Below are positions 55,141 through 64,000 of a DNA stretch of 64,000 nt, piece after piece. Both the position numbers and the translations under genes were made by a program. How positions within the stretch are numbered: position 1 is the first letter of the stretch; each line of letters starts with the position of its first letter. The DNA is from Octopus sinensis (lineage: Eukaryota): NCBI RefSeq assembly GCF_006345805.1, contig NC_043006.1, positions 21,700,001 through 21,764,000 on the forward strand, written 5' to 3'. The notes beneath the pieces were generated by a model that saw nothing but the letters and a program-made list of their open reading frames with translations, had not been told where the DNA came from and did not search any database.

Positions 55141-55442
55141 GCAGACCTTGGTAACAGGTTATTAGTTATACTCTCAAAATATCTTCGCTATTTCAACCTT
55201 AAAACCTCGGTTCTTTGTGCTCTATAAACTCGTCTGTCACGTGTTGTTTTAAAATACTTCGTTCACTTGTATCTGCAATGCACATTCTCCACATGAAAGA
55301 ATTCACCACAGCCCTTTTCTATTACTTTCCACAAGAAAAGAGAAATGTTTTAGCGAAACCAATTTGGCGCTGCTGATTTCATTTGGCATCGCATTTATGA
55401 CGCTGAAGCATTTTGATACCGAGATTTTGTTTATATTCTATA

Positions 55443-55750
55443 CTAGCAGTATCGCCCGGCGTTGCTCGGGTTTGTAAGGGAAATAACTATATAAGCATTT
55501 TAGAGAGCTACTTCCTTTATATAACCCGAGCAAAAATCATTAAAAATGCGGAAAAATGATGGTAATTTATTTTTTAAATCGTTGACTCATCGTAGACGTG
55601 CACTAATATCCAGAAGGGCTCGATATGAATGACGACTATAAGATACCCGCTTTTGGTTAAACTGCACCGCAAAATGTGGGAGTAGTTAAGAATCTAAATC
55701 GGAGGAGACAGAGTCTCACACACACACAACTTCAATTTTATATATAAAGA
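55443..55750 (-). mobile_element. Non-autonomous Helitron
   Basis: Same termini as 31786-32167. Confidence 0.82.
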
Positions 55751-56171
55751 TAACAAATGACTTATCAATCACAACTAGAAAGCTACTCAACTACTAAACC
55801 TCATTTATATTTCGGCTTCTGTTTATGTATAAGATGGCCGGTGAAGTATTGACGGAAACGGTGAAAAGAAATATTTGCATGGCAATGGAGTTCTTCGATA
55901 AAGTAAGCAGGACCGTCATGCAGCACCGTAGAAACGGGAAAAGTATAGAGATTCAGACAGAAGATATGAAACAGCTGTTAATTATAAAAACATGGATGCT
56001 ATCAAGTATTAAATGAACATTGCTCATAATTACCAGATGATTAAAAACTATAAATTTTGCTTTTGATAAACTGTTAAGTAATTTTATCCCGTTAATAGTA
56101 GTAGTAGTAGTAGTAGTAGTAGTAATAACAATAATAATAATAATAATATTAATAATAATAATAATAATAAT

Positions 56172-56701
56172 AAATGCCCTGATGAAGTACCAGGCAGTGG
56201 CTCTCATGGCTTCTGATCTTAACTGATTGGAAGTGTTATCATGTACATTGTTTTGTCTTGGTATAAAAGATGGGCTACAGCAAATATTCTGCTCAATACC
56301 ACAGATTTGCTTGTCAGTTGTTTGACCTTAACCAGTTGAGCATGTCCCTTAGTGGCTGACGATATGTGCATCTCTGATCACGAGCAGAAGTAGTGGGGGA
56401 GCATCATAGCCATGTGTTGAGAGGGATTCTTTGGGGTTTGAATAGTTCACCTCTGGAAACATGGGTGGTTCTTTCAACATCCTTAAACAACCCTTATTCA
56501 GGGACCGTTTGAGCGGGATGGGCTACTCAACCTGCAAGGTCATGTGCTGTTTATCTTGATATGAATCACCATGTCGCGCACATATGGTTGTGATGCATGT
56601 GCCTGGTGTACCTTTATCAGACGGGTAGTCATGATGGGTATATTGGGCTTCGTATATTTTACCCCAGTGTCACTTTGATGGCATGAACTGCTCTCTCACT
56701 C
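56172..56701 (+). mobile_element. ~530-bp retroposon embedded in (AAT)n on both sides (possibly R4/Dong-related)
   Basis: Non-repetitive body between two (aat)n tracts. Its 3' end recurs at 13526-13655, also followed by (aat)n. Confidence 0.7.
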
Positions 56702-56785
<84 letters not shown>

Positions 56786-57334
56786 AATCTTAATAATGAG
56801 GAGGGGGAGAAGGAGGAGGATTTCGAATTTTAGGTACCGTGATAAGAGACATTCAACAATCTTTTCGGCTTTAACTTGGAAAATTAAAGACGAAGGGGTT
56901 AATTTCGGAAAACAAATGGAAAATCCTCTCTAAATCCAGGCCCTATATTAACGAGTCTAAAGATGCTCAGTGTGCTCGCTCGAAAAACTGTTTGAGGAAC
57001 AAGATTTTTTTCTTTATGTCCATATTTCAATGTTTGACATCGAATTGTTGTAACGTTGTGTTTTACCCGTATGTTTTTTCCTTTTTGTATTTTCTACAAG
57101 CGCTTTTTTTTTTTTTTTTTTGCTTTTTTTTTCTATCAATGCTATCAGCTCAAAAGACAACTGAAAAATGGTCTTGTTGTCAGCTTGATAAATGGCGGAT
57201 TAAATAATTATTTCAGCCAGGAAATCCTATGTAGCTGTAATCTCAAGATTTGTGTTTTTTTTAGTTTAAGATTATCTTTACTTTCTTAGCTGATCGAGTA
57301 CTTTTTTTACTTGCTGAAGCATTACCACATCATT

Positions 57335-57399
<65 letters not shown>

Positions 57400-58913
57400 C
57401 ACCCACGGCAGTGGATAAATATTTTCTTACGGTTAAGTTTTCTTTTAGTTACTCACGAGCAATTCTTGAACCCCATCACTAATTCAGTTCTCAACCAAAT
57501 TGAATGCGGTTTTTAGTAATGATTATCCAGTCCTAATATACGTTTTGAGATAAAATAGTTGAAATTTGGTTCATTATATAAAAAATATGTGAGGCCAAAA
57601 ATTGGAGAGTAAGGTGAAAAATTTACTGCGAATCAAAATTTTCAGGTAATTTTAAAAGAAAATGGTCGATTAATTGAGTTCAAAAGAATGTGCTCATTAA
57701 CTGCGAAGAAATTATGTGGCTTTAAGCGAAGAAAAATTTGTAAGTAACCTCAGAAATTGACATCTCAGTTATTCTTAAAGAAAACCATACAATATTTGTG
57801 TTGAAATGAAAGAGCCCTACCAGATGAAACTTATGATGAAAACCTCGTCAAAAAATATTAGCTATAGAAGAGAGGCATTGTTTTAAGTGAGGAAAAAGGT
57901 GATCATTTTTAGTAAATTAAAATATTTTTGCCATTTTAAGATGTTTAGCGTTTTAAAAGACGATATTTATTGCCATGGATCGCTTAGCCAGTTTTTTTCC
58001 GTTTTTTTAAAGCATTTAGCTAATCTTCTAAGCTGTTTTCAGAGCTATTCTGCGTTCAAAATTTACTTCAGACAAAAGAGATCTATGAGAAGAATTCTAT
58101 GGTGAAAACTTTGTCAAAAGATATTAGCCACAAAAGAACTTGTATAGCATTAAGTGAAGAAAAAGTATTGATCATTTTAAAATAGTCAACGTTTTTTTAA
58201 GAATAAAATATTATTTAGGCTCAATTGAAAGAATTCGTCGAGACGAATATTTTGGAGAAAACCGTCTAAAACTCCTAAGCATAAAAACAGTTATGTTTTT
58301 TTGTGATTTCATATAAATTTTCGTTATTTTCTCTATGTATTAAAATATGTACATATTAAAAACAAACTAAAATAAAAACTTTCACACATTAAAAAAATAA
58401 TCATTAATCACTTAATTAGAATACAATATTATTTTATACCAAAAATTGTTTTAAAATATATCTATTTGTAGCAGATGTGTTATTTTTAGTTCAAACAAAA
58501 TTTCTATGTTTGAACAAAGTCTGTATTTGAAAAATATTTACAATAGCATCATTTTTTAATCATAAAGATAAATGTAATTAATTATAATAATAGAAACATT
58601 GCCTGGGGAAAAGTGGTCTAGAATGAAACAAGTGGGCGCAGAATCCTTGAATATTCTTAAGTGCTGAACTTCGAAAATTAACCCTTGAAAAGTAGAGGAC
58701 AAGAAGCACAAAGAACTTAAAATATTGCTGCTGAAGTTATAATTCACTAAATAAGTTTCTGAAATTATTCATCAAATAGTGTGTACACTGTTTTGCTTTT
58801 CTTGTGGTTTTGCTTCTTATTTTAATTGTTTTAAAATTTAAGTTAATATTTTTTATTAAAAAATTTCTATGTATTAAACTAAAACATGTCCATCTTATTT
58901 TTAGTATTATATT

Positions 58914-59135
58914 CTGGCAGAATCGTTAGCACACCAGGCGAAATGCTTAGTGGTATTTTGTGTGCCGCTACGTTCTGAGTTCAAATTCTGCCGAGGTCAT
59001 CTTTGCCTTTCATCCTTTCGGGGTCGATAAATAAAGTACCAGTTTCGCACTGGGGTCGATGTAATCGACTTAATCCATTTGTCTGTTCTTGTTTGTCCCC
59101 TCTATGTTTAGCCCCTTGTGGGTAGTAAGGAAATA
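58914..59135 (+). mobile_element. SINE family B
   Basis: ctggcagaatcgttagcac...gccccttgtgggtagtaaggaaata. Confidence 0.9.
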
Positions 59136-59705
59136 TATATTCTTTTTTTAATTTTATTTTCTTAACAAAACTCATTAGCAATTATATTTAAATTATACTC
59201 AGAAACAAAAGAATTATTTTCTTTAAAGTTTGCATTATCAGATAACAAATCGTTTTCTATTTGCAATATGAAAAATATTTTTTTTTAAATGGAAGCTAAT
59301 GTACAAACTGAATGCAAAACATAGAAATGTCTCTATGCCTCTATATTTTTAACTTAGGCGTTAGGATTTACAATTATCAATTTTGCTTAAATTGCTATAG
59401 TGTGATTTTATATTAATAATTTATAATATCCAGTTTTGAAAGTGTAAACATGCAGACACTTAGTCTTCGTTAAAATTAAAAATAAATAGCTTCTTTAGAA
59501 TTTCAATTTAAACACTTAAGTATAAATAAAAAATATGGAAGGGCATTTACGACTATTTTAGTTTTTAAATTCTAACTTCATCAGCAATATTTTGTTGTTG
59601 TTTTTTCTTCTTATCCCTTACTTTTTTGGCTTAATTACTGCTCGTTCTGCTTTTCCAGTTCTATACTTACGAGTATTATAAGATTCGGCGCCCGCATTTT
59701 TCATC

Positions 59706-59782
<77 letters not shown>

Positions 59783-59785
<3 letters not shown>

Positions 59786-60158
59786 CCGTTCTGTCTGTTT
59801 GTGTGTCTTCTAGGATCTCGGGCATCATCCAACCCATTGCGCTCAAATTTGATATGTAGATATCGACAGTACCGGGGCGTGTATAAGCCTTGAAAAAAAT
59901 TATAAAAATCGATTCCAGGTGAGAATGCGATCGATAAATCTGTGGGAACGTGCATTTGCACGCGCAGCTACATCAGCTGTTGCGATCGATACTACGCGTA
60001 CGCGAGAAAAATGCACGTGCAGTTTGCGCAAAAAAAACCCGGCTGGCTTGAAATAGTGCCACAAAATGGGATGGTCGGACAAGTTGTTTTGAGAAAATTT
60101 GGTTTAAATGTTTGACAACTCAGCACCGTCCATTGGACGGGGGGGGGCGTTTTGCTCG
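59783..60158 (+). mobile_element. Helitron-like non-autonomous element (second family)
   Basis: The 5' TA tract and ctgtctgtttgtgtgtc resemble the start of the other Helitrons. A 3' hairpin ccgtcca-t-tggacgg precedes gCTCG|T. Confidence 0.55.
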
Positions 60159-60169
60159 TATATACATAG

Positions 60170-60203
<34 letters not shown>

Positions 60204-60211
60204 TATATATC

Positions 60212-60370
60212 GTTAGCTCCTACACGCATATTTTTCTCTTCTTGTTTTTTTCTGTGTATCTTTCTGTCGAAGAGCGTAGGCTCGAAATGAGCGTTATACT
60301 AATACATTTGTTTGTTTGTACTCCACCTGCCTTCGTTTTTTGTTTATTTTCGTAAACTTTCCCGTTATAC
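60212..60370 (+). mobile_element. Penelope-type terminal repeat; variant hammerhead with the 3' part deleted
   Basis: tctttctgtcgaagagcgtaggctcgaaa is joined directly to tgagcgttatactaatac. Confidence 0.65.
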
Positions 60371-60708
60371 ATATATATATATATAATTATGTATGTATGT
60401 ATATTGTTATATCGCTCGCTCTTCTTATGTAGGTGCATGTGTTACACTGTTTGCGTGTGTGTGGAGATGGTACATGTTTGTGTCAATCAGGTTCTTTTGA
60501 TATATTCTAATGTTTCTTTCTAACACTCTAAATTGTCTCTCACCAAAAAAGCTATCATCAGAACAGGCTTAGCGTTCAGACATACCAAGTGGGCGCCACC
60601 AAAACAGAAATATACCGTTCCTTCGTTGTTTCCCTTAAGCTTCCTTTAGCTGCTAGTGTTATCGTTATTGTCTAAAGGAACTCATATGTACATTTTATTT
60701 CTTTTCAG

Positions 60709-61080
60709 GTGTTTCCGTAGCTGTCAGCTGTTTTACATTGGTTGCAATGTCTCTAGAACGATACTTCGGTATTTGTCAACCGCTGCATTCGAGACGATGG
60801 CAGACTCTATCCAGAGCTTACAAAATCATCACTGGTTGTTGGTTTTTAGCTGCTATGGTTGTCATTCCGATTGCCATAGTCACGCGAATGAAATCGTTCG
60901 ACAAAGGCAAGACACATGTCTGCCGGGAGTTTTGGACTTCGAAGATTGCAGAGAAATGTTACACTGTTTTTTTAGACATGGCTTTTCTGCTGATTCCTGT
61001 TATAATCATGTCAGGATCATACGGATCCATTATGTGGACGCTGTGGATGGGAATAAAAATGGATAAAAAGATGCAAGATG
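60709..61080 (+). CDS. Internal exon of a cholecystokinin/gastrin/sulfakinin receptor-like class A GPCR (TM3-TM5 and start of ICL3)
   Basis: Acceptor ttttatttcttttcag|, donor G|gttagt, 372 nt, phase 1 at both ends. Translates (G)VSVAVSCFTLVAMSLERYFGICQPLHSRRWQTLSRAYKIITGCW...CREFW...LLIPVIIMSGSYGSIMWTLWMGIK. The SLERY..IC.PL.SR.WQT signature is typical of CCK-type receptors. Confidence 0.92.
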
Positions 61081-61569
61081 GTTAGTATAATAATCATTTA
61101 TTACACTAATAAGCATATTCGATTTTTTCTTAATGTTTTATATTATATTTATTTCTAACATTGACACACAGACATACAATCATGGGCTGATAAAATATGA
61201 CAAATCAACACATATATATATGACTGATACAGATAAACTGATAAAGTCGGTGAGGCATTTTTTGTTCAGCACTTTACAAAGTTTACCTTCAATCCATCTT
61301 TCGAAAAACAGAAAAAGTTACAGGTTCTTCAGGCCGGTTTATCAAAGTTTCCAAGGCGTTGAAGAGGCGCAGAGAACAAAACTCGCAACACGCCTAGAAC
61401 GATGTGAAATGAAGTGCCTTATTTAAGGAATCAATGCGGCACTAGAACCGAGAATCAAACTCACAGCTTAAATCCGAGAATCAAACTCACAACCTAAGAA
61501 TTATGAGCCAAGTACTCTAACCGCAATCCAAAGCACTTTCGTAAATTTTCTAAAAGTGTAATCAATAAT

Positions 61570-61775
61570 GGTTTCTGATTTAAGCACAGGAGCTGCAGTT
61601 TTGAAGAGAGTGGGTTAATCTATTTATTATATCGATCCCAATACTTCGCTGGTACTTTAGTATATCGATCCCAGAAGGATGAATGGCAACGTTGAGTTCG
61701 ACGAGATTGAAACTTAGAATTTAAAGAACAGAAATACTCCAAGGTATATTCTCTGTCAAGTCACTGACTTTTTTA

Positions 61776-61840
<65 letters not shown>

Positions 61841-62560
61841 TGATGATGATGATAATCCTTTCTACTATAGGCACAAGGCCTGGATTTTCTAGGGAGGGAT
61901 ACAGTCGTTCACATCGACCCCAGTACTCAGCTGGTACTTAATTTATCAACCCTGAAAGGATGAAAAGCAAAGTCGACCTCGACGGAATTTGAAGTCAGAA
62001 CCTAGCGGCAGACGAAATACCGCTAAGCATTTTCGCCCGGCTCCCTAACCATTCTGCCAGCTCGCCGCCTAAGTAATAATGATAATAATAATAATAATAT
62101 AATAATAATAATAATAATAATAGTAACAGTTTCAGATTTTGGTGCAATGCCAGCAATTTCGAGAGAGAGTGTAAGTCGATTACATCGACCCCAGTGCTCA
62201 ACTGGTATTTATTTTATCGACCCTGAAAAGAGGAAAGGCAAAGTTAACCTCGACGGAATTTGTCTTAGACCTTAAGGACGGACGAATTGCCGCTAAGCAT
62301 TTTGCTCTGCAAGCTAATGATTCTGTCAGCTCGCCACCTTAATAATGAAAATAATCCGTTTTTTACCATAGGCATAATGCCTGAAATTTCGGGAAGGGGT
62401 TTGTCAATTACATTAATAACAACAATAAGAACAAGAATGGTTTCTAATTTGAAAGAACGCCAACAATTTTAAGGGGGACTCAAGTTAGTTACTTCCATCG
62501 ACTCCAGTGCTTGACTATTACTTTATTTTATCGTCTCAGAAAGGCTGAGAGATAAAGTAG
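61570..62560 (-). mobile_element. Cluster of four SINE family B copies, partly separated by (AAT)n
   Basis: Reverse-complement cores (atcgaccccagt...ggtact...aaagtcgacctc) at about 61630, 61912, 62184 and 62497. Confidence 0.8.
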
Positions 62561-62765
62561 ATCCCTCTCTTTCTCTCTCTCTCTCTCTTTCGCTACCTCT
62601 ATCTCTCTATTAATTTATCTCTATCTCTTTCCTTATTTCTTTCTCCCTCCCTCTCTCCTGTCCCTCTTTCTCTCTATCCATCTATCTATCTCTCTTTCTC
62701 TATTCATCTATCTATCTCTAGTTCCTCTCAGATTTAATAGTTAAATTGTCTCATCACTTGTATTT

Positions 62766-63075
62766 GTGGAGGCACATAGCCTAGTGGTTAGAGCAGCGGA
62801 CTCGCGGTCGAGGGATCGCGAGTTCGAATCTCAGACCGGGCGATGTGTGTGTTTATGAGCGAAAACACCCTAAGCTCCATGCGGCTCCGGCAGAAGGTAA
62901 TGGTGAACTTCTGCTAACTCTTTTGTCACAACTTTCTCTCACTCTTTCCTCATGCATCTTGCAGCTCACCTGCGACGGACCGACGTCCCGTCCAGGTGGG
63001 GAACCTATACGCCAAGAAACCGGGAAACCGGCCCTAATGAGCCAGGCATGGCTCGAGAAGGAACAAGCAAAACAA
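62766..63075 (+). mobile_element. SINE family C, tail type 3
   Basis: gtggaggcacatagcctagtggttagagcagcggactcgcggtc...gagttcgaatctc; tail gccaggcatggctcgagaaggaacaa. Confidence 0.88.
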
Positions 63076-63942
63076 TCACTTGTATTTCTACGACCACAAC
63101 TGTGCACAGCTCTGGATGTTCATACTTTCCCTCCTGACGACATAATATTTTTGTCACATCTACAAAGCTCGAGTGATATTCGCAACCTAGAATGCTTTAA
63201 GGGAAATATTTATTGACTGATTAACAGAAAGTCACTCACAGACATTCTGGCCCAGAGGCCGTGCTGTTCCTCCACGCTTCTCATTTTACCGCTACTACAG
63301 TAGCTCCCCAGAGCTGGCTTCTCAATTCAGATACTTCCGGCTCATTCTCTCTCCTCCTCTCGTGAACCATACTGTGTCCAATCCGCTGGTCCAAAACAGT
63401 ACGTACTTTGTCTGGTTCTTCCTCACCAGAACGTCGTCTCTTTCGTATCGTCTCCCAATTCAAGTCTTCTCTGTAACAGTTCAGTTGGAGTACTAACGGC
63501 ATCAGTTTCACCGGTTTCAGAGGTCCTGCGAAGATCGTGGGCACTGTATCTTCCGCCAGATAAAGCATATTAAAAACACTTACCATCACTACATATATTC
63601 TACTATAAAAATGACAACAAATTAGATATCAATTTTACTATGAATACTCTTTTGCATTACGCTGGCTTAATTATTATGGTATCAGTCTATGACCAACTGA
63701 TTTTCGAGCTGTCTCTGTTTGTCTATGTTCGGTATGCCTTGCTCCAGTCGATAGACAACACTGTTCTCCATACATCGGCAAAGAGTTTCTTCATATGCTC
63801 TACTGAGAGTACAATGAAAGTGCCTTCTCCTTTTCGTATCAATTTTCTCCCTGTCCCTTCTTGGACAAATTCCTCAAACAAGGAGACATATGCTTTTATG
63901 GCACACTGCTGCGAGACATCAATCTTCCTCGTATTTGATCTA

Positions 63943-64000
63943 TAAGGCAGCGAGTTGGCAGTAAAGCAGCGAGTTGGCAGTAAGGCAGCGAGTTGGCAGA
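63943..64000 (+). repeat. Triplicated 19-bp SINE family B head, running off the window
   Basis: taaggcagcgagttggcag x3. Confidence 0.8.

Noticed and set aside
60656-61066. 136-aa ORF overlapping the GPCR exon
   Set aside because: It is an alternative frame of the real exon. The listed 60738 start is also not a true start, because the exon begins at the acceptor at 60709.

Overview
This is AT-rich, microsatellite-dense eukaryotic DNA. The SINE and Penelope repertoire suggests a coleoid cephalopod such as Octopus (inference). The only host-gene piece I can support is one 372-nt internal exon (60709-61080, +) of a cholecystokinin/sulfakinin-receptor-like class A GPCR (TM3-TM5). The rest is intron-like sequence filled with mobile elements: at least three tRNA-headed SINE families, decayed Penelope-like elements, RTE and CR1-like LINE relics, Tc1 and DD37D/maT fragments, non-autonomous Helitrons and an (AAT)n-associated retroposon. 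There is one 100-N assembly gap. Almost all ORFs in the track are microsatellite or SINE artefacts. The most notable observations are these. (1) A U6 snRNA 3' end is joined to a LINE/SINE-type 3' stem-loop and poly(A) tail (46421-46521). (2) About a dozen type I hammerhead ribozyme motifs are present, some degenerate, including a multi-copy family with a non-canonical CUGuNGA core. (3) A 35-bp minisatellite with 350-bp higher-order structure arose inside an RTE endonuclease. (4) Many long inverted repeats could form dsRNA. All homology calls are by eye from remembered motifs, not from database searches.
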